From the NCBI GenBank assembly GCA_002368195.1, contig AP018178.1, positions 5,081,286-5,145,285 on the forward strand: a stretch of 64,000 nt of DNA, given 5' to 3'. Each line of letters begins with the position of its first letter. Positions within the stretch are counted from its first letter, which is position 1. The notes beneath the pieces are model-generated. The model searched no databases and was not told where the DNA came from. It saw only the letters and a program-made list of their open reading frames with translations. Origin of the DNA: Calothrix sp. NIES-2100. GTDB taxonomy: Bacteria; Cyanobacteriota; Cyanobacteriia; Cyanobacteriales; Nostocaceae. Below are positions 18,339-29,147 of this stretch, one piece after another. The translations under genes were made by a program, and so were the position numbers.

Positions 18339-20474
18339 TTACGAATTAAGAGATTGCGCAAACGTAGGACATGAAAAAGTCTGATTTTCTGGACATAAAT
18401 CATTTACTTTTTCTATTGTGACACCTCCCGCCCTTTGTACCCTCTTTTCTTCATACATTGCATTAATTACTTGAGTAAACACCCGTAAAATCTTGCCTCG
18501 ATTTACCTCCTGAGTAGATGTCAACATTCCATTCTCAACAGTCAGGCTATAATTAATAAGCTGAAACCTTTTTACCGTTGACCAATGAGGTAAATGACAA
18601 TTCGCTTCATCCACCAATGCTTGATATAAAGCGATAATACAAGGATGTTGCAGCAAGTCTTCAGTAGGTAAATCAATTCCACTTAATAAAGCCTGCTGAT
18701 GCAAGTTTTCTACATCTGGAAAAATCAGCATAGAACAAAACTTACAATCAGCACCTACAGTAACAGCGTGCGCTATTAAAGGAGATTTTTCCAGCTTGCT
18801 TTCTATCGGTTGTGGCGTGACATACTTTCCAGTGGAGAGTTTAAAGCGGCTTTTCTTCAAACCAGTAATCTTGAGAAAACCCTCAGAGGTAAATTCTCCT
18901 AAATCGCCTGTATGTAACCAACCTTGAGCATCAATTAATTGTTGGGTAGCTGCTGTATTTTTATAATAACCTTGGGTGATGTAGGGACTTCTCGTGAGAA
19001 TTTCCCCATCTTCAGCAAGAGTCACTTCCACCCCAGCAATTGGTACACCTACGGTTCCTGGGCGGTTGAATTGACTGCGATTACAAGCTACGGCTGAACT
19101 GGTTTCAGTTAAACCATAGCCTTGGAGAATTTTTATTCCCGCAGCTGCAAATAAATTCACAATTTCTGGTTTTAAGGCTGCACCTCCACTAAGTAAGTAT
19201 TTAATATTCCCGCCAAAAACAGCACGCCATTGAGAAAAGATGAAACTATCTGCCACTTTCAGCATCAAAGCATCTTGATGTTTTGGTGTTTTACCCAATT
19301 CATATTTTTGGGCTAATTTTACTGCCCACTTCATCATCGATTGGGATAAGGGAAGATAAAATTGTCGGGCGGAAATAGCATTATGCGGAGACAGTAAATG
19401 TGCTTTTAAAGTTCTCCCCGTTCTCGACAATTTGATAGTGGCTTCCCGCAGGGTAGCAAGTGCTGTTTTCCCCTTCCAGGTGCTGGGAAACCTCAAGGGT
19501 AAGCTTACCCGGTTCTCCGTTACTTTTTTACTTTGTGTCTGACTTTTTTCTCCTGCTTCTATCAGCTTGGCATAAACTTTTTCTAACAGCAAAGGGACTG
19601 TAGCAAATATTGTCGGCTTAACTTCTTTCAGGTGTTTTAAAACCCGATTAGAATTACTAAAATAAATGCTGTGTCCATAGTTAATATGACCGTAAATAAA
19701 GACGCGAGCTAAAACATGAGTTAATGGTAGAAATGAAAGAATTACCTCCTGCGATCCAAATCCTAAATTAGGAATTCCTGTAAACATTGCTAGGGCATTT
19801 GCAGAGAGATTTTCATGGGTGAGCATTACCCCTTGAGGTTCGCCTGTAATTCCCGGAATGTAAATAATAGTTGCTAAGTCATCAGCTATTATTTTTGATT
19901 GGAGTTCGTTTACAGTTAATTCAGAATTTTTTGCTCTGCCTTGAGAGCGAATTTCCTCCAAAGAAAATACTTTCATCCCTGTATCATGTTGTTGATGCCA
20001 TTCTTGAGGAACATCAGCAACTATTATTGTTTGGACATGAGTTACATTTTCCAGATAAGGAATAATTTGTGCCAGCAATTCTAGATTAGAAATAATCAGC
20101 GCTTTTGCTTGTGTGTGCTGCAAGATGAAAATAATGTGTTCAATTGTCTGAGTTACATCAATTGGCACATTTACCAAACCTGCGAGTAAAGAACCCATGT
20201 CAGCAATGCAAAAGTTAACATCGCTGTGCATGAGTAAAGCAATACAATCGCCTGCTTCTAGTTCCAAATCCAGCAAGCCTAAGGCTAATTCCGCCGCCGC
20301 TGTGCGCAATTCGTGATTAGATAAAGGTTGCCAGCCTGTATCTGTAAACTGGTTTAAAGCGCGGGGGTTAGGAAAGCGATCGCACGCTTCATCTAATAAG
20401 GTAAGCAAAGTCCGCCCTAAGACTACTTCTCCAGAATTTGGAGGCGCTCTATAAGTCTTATTTGTAGATAACAT
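18339..20474 (-). CDS. Long-chain fatty-acid--CoA ligase (AMP-binding superfamily)
   Basis: 'GYGLTETS', 'TGDLG' and the 'YIPGITGEPQGVMLTH' (AMP) motif. At 711 aa it carries a C-terminal extension. Confidence 0.75.
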   Translation of the reverse strand: MLSTNKTYRAPPNSGEVVLGRTLLTLLDEACDRFPNPRALNQFTDTGWQPLSNHELRTAAAELALGLLDLELEAGDCIALLMHSDVNFCIADMGSLLAGLVNVPIDVTQTIEHIIFILQHTQAKALIISNLELLAQIIPYLENVTHVQTIIVADVPQEWHQQHDTGMKVFSLEEIRSQGRAKNSELTVNELQSKIIADDLATIIYIPGITGEPQGVMLTHENLSANALAMFTGIPNLGFGSQEVILSFLPLTHVLARVFIYGHINYGHSIYFSNSNRVLKHLKEVKPTIFATVPLLLEKVYAKLIEAGEKSQTQSKKVTENRVSLPLRFPSTWKGKTALATLREATIKLSRTGRTLKAHLLSPHNAISARQFYLPLSQSMMKWAVKLAQKYELGKTPKHQDALMLKVADSFIFSQWRAVFGGNIKYLLSGGAALKPEIVNLFAAAGIKILQGYGLTETSSAVACNRSQFNRPGTVGVPIAGVEVTLAEDGEILTRSPYITQGYYKNTAATQQLIDAQGWLHTGDLGEFTSEGFLKITGLKKSRFKLSTGKYVTPQPIESKLEKSPLIAHAVTVGADCKFCSMLIFPDVENLHQQALLSGIDLPTEDLLQHPCIIALYQALVDEANCHLPHWSTVKRFQLINYSLTVENGMLTSTQEVNRGKILRVFTQVINAMYEEKRVQRAGGVTIEKVNDLCPENQTFSCPTFAQSLNS

Positions 20475-20913
20475 TTTATCCCAGAAGATTTTATGACTCT
20501 TCCCCTCGTTATCAGTTATTAATCATCGTTTGCTTCAAGTTCGGTTAATTTCTGCTAATTCAAAACTGTACGCATCCCCCTGTCACAGAGTCTCCGTGTT
20601 AGTTTGAATTACAAGTGTTCATCCTCACTTGATATAAGTCTCTATTGAATAATCAGTTATATTCAGATACTTCAGCGAAACTAAATGCCAGACCAGGTAA
20701 TGTCTAAGATGCCGACTTCTGATACCCAAGTCCTGTTGTTTGCCAAATTTCTCCTCGCGATTTCGGATTTATTAAAGACAGAACAAGTGTTTATTTAAGA
20801 TATAGGTCTATTTCATACCTAATGCCTTAAACGTAGCTTATCTGTACTAATAATAATGTAGATCATGGTGGGGATCAACGACAAGCTTTGTATCTTTTTC
20901 GCAAAGAAACCCT

Positions 20914-21828
20914 TCACATAGTAAAAGTTTCAGTATGTAAACTAGGTATTTTTATCAGACATTTAGATGCAGGATTGTCTATTTCTCCATCTAAATGCTT
21001 TTCTAGCCAATGTTCTAAATCTACAAGTACTTTTTGGTAATTGATATCCTGGTGGAAGTCGTGATAGTCTCCAGGATACTCATAGCTTTCTTTGTCCGGG
21101 AAGCTGACTTTTTGGAAAAATGCCACACTACCTTCTGGCGGTGTAATCCTATCGCCACTGCTATACATAATTAACAAAGGGACTTGTAACTCACTCGCAT
21201 GGTTTTCAACCCATTTTTCAGTCGCGAAAAACTCCGCAGCCAGTCGTGCAGTTCCATACTCGTGACGTAATGGATCTTGGGTGAGAATATAATTCTGACC
21301 GCGTAAACTTGTGCCCTGATCAAGACCGACTTTCAGGCTAAAGTTTGGCCAGACTTGTGAAAGCATTCGCCCCAATGCAACTTTCAGCACAGGAAGGTTA
21401 ACTTTTCCCAAAGCAGGTGCTGTGAGAATTAGCCCTTGCAAACTTTGCGGAAAGCGTAAAGCATAATCAACTGCGATCGCAGCTCCTAAACTATGACCCC
21501 ACAAAAAACATGCACAACTCGGCCCTCGTTCCTGAATCCTGGTTAAAAAGGTATGTAAATCTTCTCGTAACTCTGCCCAGGAATTAATATGTCCTCGTTG
21601 TCCAGGCGATCGCCCATGTCCCCGCAGATCAAAAGCGTAGACAGCATAACCCAAAGGCAGTAAATGCTGCACAGCATCGTTAAACAATCCGCTATGGGCA
21701 CCGAACCCGTGTACCATAGCAATCACTGCCCTTAATTCTCCCTCTGGCTGCCAACTTTGGTAATAAAGATTTAGCCCTCCTGCTCCCGTGAAGGTGCCTT
21801 CAATGTGTGTCATTGCTATACCTACCAA
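20914..21828 (-). CDS. Alpha/beta-hydrolase (lysophospholipase / monoacylglycerol-lipase-like)
   Basis: 'HGFGAHSG' ... nucleophile elbow 'GHSLGA' (GxSxG), 304 aa. Confidence 0.7.
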   Translation of the reverse strand: MVGIAMTHIEGTFTGAGGLNLYYQSWQPEGELRAVIAMVHGFGAHSGLFNDAVQHLLPLGYAVYAFDLRGHGRSPGQRGHINSWAELREDLHTFLTRIQERGPSCACFLWGHSLGAAIAVDYALRFPQSLQGLILTAPALGKVNLPVLKVALGRMLSQVWPNFSLKVGLDQGTSLRGQNYILTQDPLRHEYGTARLAAEFFATEKWVENHASELQVPLLIMYSSGDRITPPEGSVAFFQKVSFPDKESYEYPGDYHDFHQDINYQKVLVDLEHWLEKHLDGEIDNPASKCLIKIPSLHTETFTM

Positions 21829-22067
21829 ATGCGTTTTTCTAGAATTGATGTCTCAAGACGCAATTGGAGATTGTTGGGTTAAGTATAAATGCTGGTATTA
21901 ACAATCTACATCTTGAGACCTTGATCCAAATTGATTGAGAAATTTGTCAGGTCTCAAGACTTAGGTTTCAAAAGTCGTTGTGCATCTTTTTATATTGTAT
22001 TAATTCTATTGAATTCAGTTGGAAGTCTCAACAATTATTAGCGCTAGAATCTACCTTTAGTAATAAG

Positions 22068-22113
22068 GGCATGGGGCATGGGGCATGGGGCATGGGGCAT
22101 GGGGCATTGGGCA
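22068..22113. repeat. Heptamer tandem repeat (GGGCATG)x6
   Basis: gggcatggggcatggggcatggggcatggggcattgggc. Confidence 0.9.
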
Positions 22114-22469
22114 ATAGTTATTTCTATGCGTCCCTATGTCTGTTTATCCCCTTGTCTCACATCTTGCACAAAAGTATTTATACTGAGGAATAAGTTTTTA
22201 ATAAACATTATATTTTAGCAATAAAACGAAAAATCAACTTTATTAGCCTGCCTTTGCAGGCTTTGTTTGTATAGCCTCACCCTTATAGGGTGTAGGTGCA
22301 AGATATCAGTTGTCCTCCTTTCATACATGGCGATGAAAATTTTTTCCTCGGAACTGGGTTCTTTTTCATTAATAAGACTTAGAGCAGTTTTCACGTATTT
22401 GCACCACATCTATCGTAAATTAACAGCATTGTTCCCTACAACCTGGTCTATTTAGCTAAAAATAGCTGT

Positions 22470-22535
22470 AAAGCCTGATTAACGCAGTTCCAAGCCTGAT
22501 TAACGCAGTTCAAAGCCTGATTAATCAGGCTCAAA
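22470..22535. repeat. Tandem ~22-bp repeat x3 (AAGCCTGATTAACGCAGTTC)
   Basis: Direct read. Confidence 0.85.
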
Positions 22536-22608
22536 GACTCCCTGACGAAATTCGCAGACTCAACAATAATATTATGTTCGCTTAATTAGTCGTGATTCCC
22601 ATAGTAAT

Positions 22609-22683
22609 TGCACCCCACCCCTTAATCCCCTCCCCGTTTACGGGGAGGGGAGACAAAGCGTAGCTTTGGCGGGGTGGGGTGCA
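22609..22683. repeat. Second copy of the CCCCTTAATCCCCTCCCC...GGGGAGGGG hairpin repeat
   Basis: tgcaccccaccccttaatcccctccccgtttacggggaggggag...ggcggggtggggtgca. Confidence 0.8.
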
Positions 22684-22756
22684 GCGATAAAATGTTCGTT
22701 TTACCGAAATTTTTGGGATCTGTGCCCCTAGGGCTGATTTATTTTTTGGTATTCTC

Positions 22757-23359
22757 TTAGGCTTTGGCTAAATTTTCAGCAGCAAAGTCCCAGTTAACTA
22801 ACTGCTCAAGGAAGTTCTTGATAAATGCAGGACGAGCATTTCTGTAGTCGATGTAGTAGGCGTGTTCCCAAACATCTAGGGTGAGAAGTGCTTTTTGTCC
22901 ATAAGCTAGGGGGTTCTCTGCATTTGGTGTTTTGATTACTTTCAAAGTACCACCATCATCAATCAGCCAAGCCCATCCACTGCCAAACTGAGTTGTAGCA
23001 GCGTTTGTGAACTCTTCTTTAAATTTATCGAAGCTACCAAAATCTTTATCGATTTTATCGGCTAGTGCGCCTGAAGGTTGACCACCGCCTGCTGGCTTCA
23101 GTGAGTTCCAGAAGAAGGTGTGGTTCCAAACTTGAGCAGCATTGTTAAAGATTCCCGCTTTAGAAGCATCTTTAAAAGAGGTTTTGATTACCTCTTCGAG
23201 TGACTTATCAGCCAGTTCTGTACCTTCGGTAAGCTTATTCAGGTTGTCTACATAAGCTTTGTGGTGTTTGCCATAGTGATACTCGAAAGTCTCACCTTTC
23301 ATGCCATACTGCTCTAGAGCATTAAAGTCGTAGGGTAGGGCGGGCTGTTGAAATGTCAT
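22757..23359 (-). CDS. sodB: Fe/Mn superoxide dismutase
   Basis: 'ALPYDFNALE', 'HHKAYVDNLN' and 'DVWEHAYYIDYRN' are canonical Fe/Mn-SOD motifs. 200 aa. Confidence 0.9.
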   Translation of the reverse strand: MTFQQPALPYDFNALEQYGMKGETFEYHYGKHHKAYVDNLNKLTEGTELADKSLEEVIKTSFKDASKAGIFNNAAQVWNHTFFWNSLKPAGGGQPSGALADKIDKDFGSFDKFKEEFTNAATTQFGSGWAWLIDDGGTLKVIKTPNAENPLAYGQKALLTLDVWEHAYYIDYRNARPAFIKNFLEQLVNWDFAAENLAKA

Positions 23360-23955
23360 TGTGTGAAATCCTCTCTTGACCGGTTTCCAGTTTCAAGCTA
23401 TTGAGAAGCTTAGGAAATTACAGGTTTTGTGGTGATAAGTTTGATGTCCTTTATCCTGGAACATAAAACTTAACATCGTCATTCTACTATTAAAGTGAAA
23501 ATTACAACACAGGACTTTTAAAATTAGTTAAATCCCCACTGGGGCTGGAGGGAATTTCCAAATTCCTCGGGAAAAGTTTGTGACATCAGCAAACCATCAG
23601 CGCCAGTTTTCGCAAAATTCTTTACCCTGATTATAGGTATCGGATCTATTTCCGACTCTAATTTCTGGAACAATAGAAATTTATCTATGTACCTCGCTTT
23701 TAACCTCTTGTTAAGGAGCAGCAAGCGGGATATGCCAAATAAAAAAACATCGGAAATTTTCTTTGAGGATGGGTGTCCCCACCCTTAGAATATTCAGGAC
23801 ATCCCAAAAGAGGTCTAATTTATGGCGCGAAGCTGTGTCAAAAATCAGTTGTTAATTGTCAATTGTTTTGAAGTAGCTTAATAAGCGATCGCTTTATGGG
23901 CGGTTTTAAAATATCTTTGCCACTGACTACTATACGAGCGCCTTCACAGATATCC

Positions 23956-24043
23956 GTACGGGCGGGTTTACACATATCCTCATTCATTAACAAAGATCCA
24001 AATAAACCCGCCCCTACACATGATTTAAATAAACCCGCCCCTA
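23956..24043. mobile_element. Third copy of the GTAGGGGCGGGTTTAC-TIR MITE-like element, with a duplicated right end
   Basis: gtacgggcgggtttac ... taaacccgcccctac ... taaacccgcccctat. Confidence 0.55.
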
Positions 24044-24296
24044 TTGACAAAAAACTCCACTCACAGATTCGGAGCTTTTTTATTTTTTACTATAAATGAA
24101 TCTAAATCTTCTAACCTTGGTAGTAGTAATTCAGATATTTAAAATCAGTCTTAAGCTAGATGAATTAATTGCCAAATTAGTTATTATTCAAATACACAAA
24201 GCTGTATTAAAAAAAGCGAACTCTCTAGATTTTCAGAATGGTGAGTGGGTTCTAGGTCACTCACCTCTGTACATCAAGTCAGCAATTAACAGAAAA

Positions 24297-25910
24297 TTAC
24301 AGGGCTGACCATTGCGGTAACTGTTGTTGACAATAGCTAACAATTTTGTCTGTGACTTCAGATGCGCAAAGACCATCAGTTTGAATTTCAATCGCATCTG
24401 CGGCTTTTTGTAAGGGTGAAACTTTGCGCGTGCTATCTTTCCAGTCACGTTCAGCAATATCCCGCTCCAACTGCTCTAGACTGACTTCAGGCTGGTTTTG
24501 TTTTTTAAAGTCTTGTTGTCTGCGGCGTGCGCGTTCGCTGACAGAGGCGGTTAAGAAGATTTTTACTTCCGCATCGGGGAAGACATGAGTACCAATGTCT
24601 CTACCTTCAGCTACTAAACCACCTCTTTTACCCCAGCTTTGCTGTTGTTTGACTAAGGCTTTACGGACAGCACTTTGTGCAGCGATCGCGGATACTTTTG
24701 ATGTCACTTCCAGAGTGCGAATTGCTTGGGTAACATCAGTACCATTAATCCAAACCTGGACAGGAGATTGTAAATCCTGGCTAGGAGTCAGTTGAATTTC
24801 GCAAGAATTGGCTAATTCAGCGATCGCACATTCATCGTCAAGGGGAATATCCTGTTGCAGTACCAGCCAAGTTACAGCCCGATACATAGATCCGGTGTCT
24901 AAATACACTAGACCTAATTTGGCTGCCACTTGCCGAGCCACTGTAGATTTTCCTGCGCCTGCGGGGCCATCAATGGCGATGATCGGTAGGCGATCGCACA
25001 GGAGAATATTGTCAATTAAGCGTGTAGAACCAAGACGAGCTGCGATCGCGAGCATTCCTTCCTCCTCAACTTTTTCTAAAGTCATTAATGTATTCGGATC
25101 AACCAATTCAATATATTCCACTAAGACAGCACTGACAATTGCTACTTCTTGCTGCACCGCTGCGATTAGCTGACTGCTATCGCGAACCCCTGCTTTGAAA
25201 ATAGCCTCAGCTTGCTGTAAGCCACGATATAAAACCGCAGCCTGCTCTTTTTGAGTTGCAGTCAAATATTGATTGCGAGAACTTAAGGCCAGACCAGACG
25301 CTTCCCGCACCGTTGGACAAGCAACAATCTCTAGGGGAAAATTCAAATCAGCCACTAAGCGTTTAATAATTGCTAGTTGCTGACCATCCTTTTGCCCAAA
25401 GTAGGCTCGGTCAGGCTGTACCAAGTTGAAAAGCTTGGTCACGATCGTGGCCACACCCTGGAAGTGCCCTTGCCGAAACCCACCACACAAGCCTGTTATC
25501 ATAGCAGATGGAGGGATTACTTGTGTAACCTTCGCTTCTTGTATACTCTTCTGGGGAACTCCCATTTCTTCCGGAGTCGGCGCAAAAATTACGTCTACCC
25601 CAGCTTGCTCGCATAGTTGCATGTCTAACTCTAAAGTCCGGGGGTAACGTTGAAAATCCTCCTTGGGGGCAAATTGCAGCGGATTGACAAAAATGCTGAC
25701 AATTACCGTAGAATTTTCTTGCCTAGCTCGTTGAATCAAGCTTAAATGACCTTCATGTAACCCTCCCATTGTCGGCACTAAACCGACAGCAGTTTGGTCA
25801 AAGCTAGTCATTTCATCTAGTACGACATCTTCTAGAACCGCACACTTATTTTCCGCGCGGCTTTTAGTTAAATAGCAGCTTAAAGCTGCAACTGTTCTCA
25901 ACAGGCGCAC
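24297..25910 (-). CDS. panC: Bifunctional pantoate--beta-alanine ligase / cytidylate kinase (PanC-Cmk fusion)
   Basis: The N-terminal 'VPTMGGLHEGHLSLI' is the PanC HIGH motif, and the C-terminal 'IIAIDGPAGAGKSTVAR' is the Cmk P-loop. This fusion is characteristic of cyanobacteria. The true start may be the internal ATG near 25811. Confidence 0.85.
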   Translation of the reverse strand: MRLLRTVAALSCYLTKSRAENKCAVLEDVVLDEMTSFDQTAVGLVPTMGGLHEGHLSLIQRARQENSTVIVSIFVNPLQFAPKEDFQRYPRTLELDMQLCEQAGVDVIFAPTPEEMGVPQKSIQEAKVTQVIPPSAMITGLCGGFRQGHFQGVATIVTKLFNLVQPDRAYFGQKDGQQLAIIKRLVADLNFPLEIVACPTVREASGLALSSRNQYLTATQKEQAAVLYRGLQQAEAIFKAGVRDSSQLIAAVQQEVAIVSAVLVEYIELVDPNTLMTLEKVEEEGMLAIAARLGSTRLIDNILLCDRLPIIAIDGPAGAGKSTVARQVAAKLGLVYLDTGSMYRAVTWLVLQQDIPLDDECAIAELANSCEIQLTPSQDLQSPVQVWINGTDVTQAIRTLEVTSKVSAIAAQSAVRKALVKQQQSWGKRGGLVAEGRDIGTHVFPDAEVKIFLTASVSERARRRQQDFKKQNQPEVSLEQLERDIAERDWKDSTRKVSPLQKAADAIEIQTDGLCASEVTDKIVSYCQQQLPQWSAL

Positions 25911-26093
25911 AAAATACCCCTAGTTTTCTTGATCCCTCCCCCGTTAGTTTATATCTGAAATAGGGGGCAGAGATGCTCAACTAGGGGAATTTAAGTAATA
26001 ACTAACGGAAACTAGAGAAAAGAAGTGTGAAGTTTAAAAGATGAAGTATGAAACTACTTCATACTTCATACTTCATCCTTTAGCCTTGATACT

Positions 26094-27182
26094 TTATCTG
26101 CCTAAGACTTCAATCTTCACTGGAGCAACACCACTACCCATCATTCCTAATATTCGCGCTGCACCAGCAGAAAGGTCAAGAATTCGACCCCGAATGTACG
26201 GACCTCTGTCCGTAATAGACACCACTACAGATCGACCATTGCGGGTGTTAGTCACACGAACTCTTGTACCAAAGGGTAAGCTACGATGGGCGGCAGTCAT
26301 TCCTTCTGGATGAAATCTTTTACCACTGGCAGTACGGCTACCAGAACCATCATATCCATACCAGGAAGCCATGCCATTGAGTGTAATTCGCACTGGGCCA
26401 ATGGCAACTTGTTGTGGCAATTTTGGTATTGATAAGGGGGAACGAACTGGTAAATTAGCAATCTCGCCGATCGGTGAGGCGTTACCAATGAGTCTGCGCA
26501 TCCGATTAGTCGCTTGCAATGCATCTTGCGCCAGATTGTTGGTGGAATTGGCTAGTCGGGTATGATCATTGATTTCCACCAATTCTTCGCCATTTACCTT
26601 GATGGTGTAGCGATCGCCTGATTTTTGCTCTGAGTCAACGGCTTTAGAAAGCGATTCGCCGCCTCCTTTCCAGCTGACACTAATCTGACTGGCATCTACA
26701 TTGTCTCGAAACAGCTCGTTAATTTTCGCTGCTATTATACCAGCTTTTTGTACCGGGTCATTTTGAGCCGCAGTAATTTGGTTACTTACATCCGAAACAT
26801 TGCCAATGCTTGCTACCTTGGTTGAGTTGCTAGCAATAGGGGCGTACATTTGCACGCCCCCAGAATTTCCTATTACGCCGACTTTACTATCAGCACTAGC
26901 TGATGGTAAAGAACTCAAAAAGGTAAGAACAGGAATATTTCGGATAAAAAGTGTTGCCGCCTGACGACCTTCAATGCTGTGAGAATGAATTAGAGCGATC
27001 GCAGCATCAGAGGTAGGTTTCCCTGCTGGGGATTGATACTCTCCTACTTTGACAACATCACCTGCTGGCGATTGTTGGGAAGCAAGCGCAGTTCCCTTGG
27101 TAGTTTGAGTGCGACCGACTGAGGGCATCCCTAAAACAGTCAGAAACAGGGCGACAATAGTCCACAAATGTCTTTGATTCAT
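26094..27182 (-). CDS. RlpA-like (double-psi beta-barrel) secreted lytic-transglycosylase-family protein
   Basis: Signal peptide. The C-terminal 'MASWYGYDG...GKRFHPEGMTAAHRSLPFGTRVRVTN..NGRSVVVSITDRGPY' is the RlpA DPBB signature. Confidence 0.75.
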   Translation of the reverse strand: MNQRHLWTIVALFLTVLGMPSVGRTQTTKGTALASQQSPAGDVVKVGEYQSPAGKPTSDAAIALIHSHSIEGRQAATLFIRNIPVLTFLSSLPSASADSKVGVIGNSGGVQMYAPIASNSTKVASIGNVSDVSNQITAAQNDPVQKAGIIAAKINELFRDNVDASQISVSWKGGGESLSKAVDSEQKSGDRYTIKVNGEELVEINDHTRLANSTNNLAQDALQATNRMRRLIGNASPIGEIANLPVRSPLSIPKLPQQVAIGPVRITLNGMASWYGYDGSGSRTASGKRFHPEGMTAAHRSLPFGTRVRVTNTRNGRSVVVSITDRGPYIRGRILDLSAGAARILGMMGSGVAPVKIEVLGR

Positions 27183-28091
27183 GCGTCCGATTTTAAAGCG
27201 ACTGTAGAACAGAAGTTTTACGGTTCGTGGGATTTTCCACCTGTAAAAGTGACACCCCAGACAACTCGAACTCGTTCCGCTTTCACTTTTTGTTCATAAC
27301 TGCAACAGACTAACACGAACCTTTGAGCTTGGGGATCAGGGTTTTAGCGTAAGTCTTGGTAACTTTAGCAAATTTTTCTGCTGTTTTCAAGCCGCAAACC
27401 TTGCTCAAATGCGGATTTCAACTGTGTAACGTTTTTTTTGATAAGTAAAACTTTTCTTATGAAAAATTAACATTCTCGGAGCATTAAATTGAGCCAGCTA
27501 CCTGCAAATATTTCCCCAAATATTGACTCTATATGTAATTTTTCATTCCCTAATATTTGACTATATAAACTCAATCATATAAAAACTTTATAAATTAAAA
27601 CTTGCGAATAAATACTGAAAGTTATCATTTTTATCAAATCTTTACATTTGTTACTAAACATCCTGTAACAGTAGTTACAGCTTTTTCTTCAGAGGGATGA
27701 CACAAAATTAATTTTGATAAAAAAAGTAACAATCACTACATATTATTTAGCTATGACAAACTCAATAATCATTAAAAATTAGTTATATAAAGCACTAGTA
27801 ATTACCGTATCCCTAACGTCTTAACGGCAAAATAATCATATGTATTATTTTTTACAAAAAAGAAAATATATCAAGATAAATAACACAATAACTTGCCAAC
27901 TGAGAAAATAGAATCACATTGTAGTTCAGCAATTACGCAGGTGTCTTTTAATTTCTAGTTGAGGCGGTCAATGGTCAAGGGTCAATGGTCATTGAGACAA
28001 GGGACAACTGACAACTGACAACTAACTATTGACTGTTGCATAAGTCCTATAGTGGATCGAGTATGATTTTTTAGAACAAGCTGTAAGCCTC
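27183..28091. promoter_or_regulatory. About 900-bp strongly AT-rich non-coding leader upstream of glsA, with heptamer arrays at 27966-28030
   Basis: No ORF. Very low GC compared with its neighbours. Contains the repeats GGTCAAT and GACAACT. Confidence 0.4.
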
Positions 28092-29057
28092 ATGGCAACT
28101 CAAGGAGATTTAGAAACAGTCGCATTGCCTTTTCTAGAAGTTCTCAAGGACTTGCATTCCCAGTACAAGTCACTAAAAGAAGGTGTAGTAGCAAAATACA
28201 TTCCAGAACTAGCAAAGGTAAATCCGGATTTGTTTAGCATCTGCATTGTGACTGTAGATGGCCAGATTTACGAAGTTGGGGATTTTGAGCAACTGTTTAC
28301 CATTCAGTCAATTTCCAAGGTGTTTGCATACGGACTGGCCCTTGAGGATCATGGAAGAGATTATGTTTTGACCAGAGTTGGCGTGGAACCAACGGGAGAT
28401 GCATTCAATGCCATTATCCTTGATGAACAATCAAATCGACCATTAAACCCAATGGTAAATGCTGGGGCGATCGCTACTACTAGTTTAATCAAAGGTACAG
28501 GGGCAAGCGATCGCCTGAACCGGATGCTGGATATGTTTAAACGATACATTGGTCATGATGTATTCGTTGATATTTCCGTATTCACCTCAGAACGCAGTAC
28601 AGGACATCGCAACCGCGCAATGGCACATCTCATGCTCAACTTTGGCATGATTGACCAGAATATAGAAGAGTCCTTGGATCTATACTTCCAGCAGTGTGCG
28701 GTGATGGTAAATTGTCGTGACTTAGCAGTGATGGCGGCGACTTTAGCTAATAAAGGTATCAACCCCATTACTCAAGAACAAGCGGTAAAGAAAAGTTACA
28801 TTAAAGACATTCTGAGTGTGATGTACACTTGCGGGATGTATAACTTTGCAGGTGAATGGGCTTATAAAGTCGGTATTCCTGCGAAAAGTGGAATTTGTGG
28901 GGGAATTCTGGCCGTTGTCCCCCAGCAGATGGGAATTGCAGTATTTTCGCCGCCATTAGATAGACGTGGTAATAGCGTCCGGGGGGTGAAAGTATGTGAG
29001 GAACTTTCCCAGCAGCTTGGGTTACATTTATTTGAGTGTTCAGGCGCTAAGGACTAG
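28092..29057 (+). CDS. glsA: Glutaminase
   Basis: Contains the 'SISKVFAY' S-x-x-K catalytic motif. Its ~320-aa length is typical of the glutaminase A family. Confidence 0.8.
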   Translation: MATQGDLETVALPFLEVLKDLHSQYKSLKEGVVAKYIPELAKVNPDLFSICIVTVDGQIYEVGDFEQLFTIQSISKVFAYGLALEDHGRDYVLTRVGVEPTGDAFNAIILDEQSNRPLNPMVNAGAIATTSLIKGTGASDRLNRMLDMFKRYIGHDVFVDISVFTSERSTGHRNRAMAHLMLNFGMIDQNIEESLDLYFQQCAVMVNCRDLAVMAATLANKGINPITQEQAVKKSYIKDILSVMYTCGMYNFAGEWAYKVGIPAKSGICGGILAVVPQQMGIAVFSPPLDRRGNSVRGVKVCEELSQQLGLHLFECSGAKD

Positions 29058-29147
29058 GGGAACCAGGGCTAGGGAAGGATGAGGGGGCTAGGGGGACAAA
29101 GAGGACAAATGACAACCCTATCCCGTATTTTCCTTGCACCCAGCTAC

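Noticed and set aside
23524-24308. Several 60-70-aa ORFs between sodB and panC-cmk
   Set aside because: They overlap the MITE-like element and AT-rich DNA. The composition is not coding-like.
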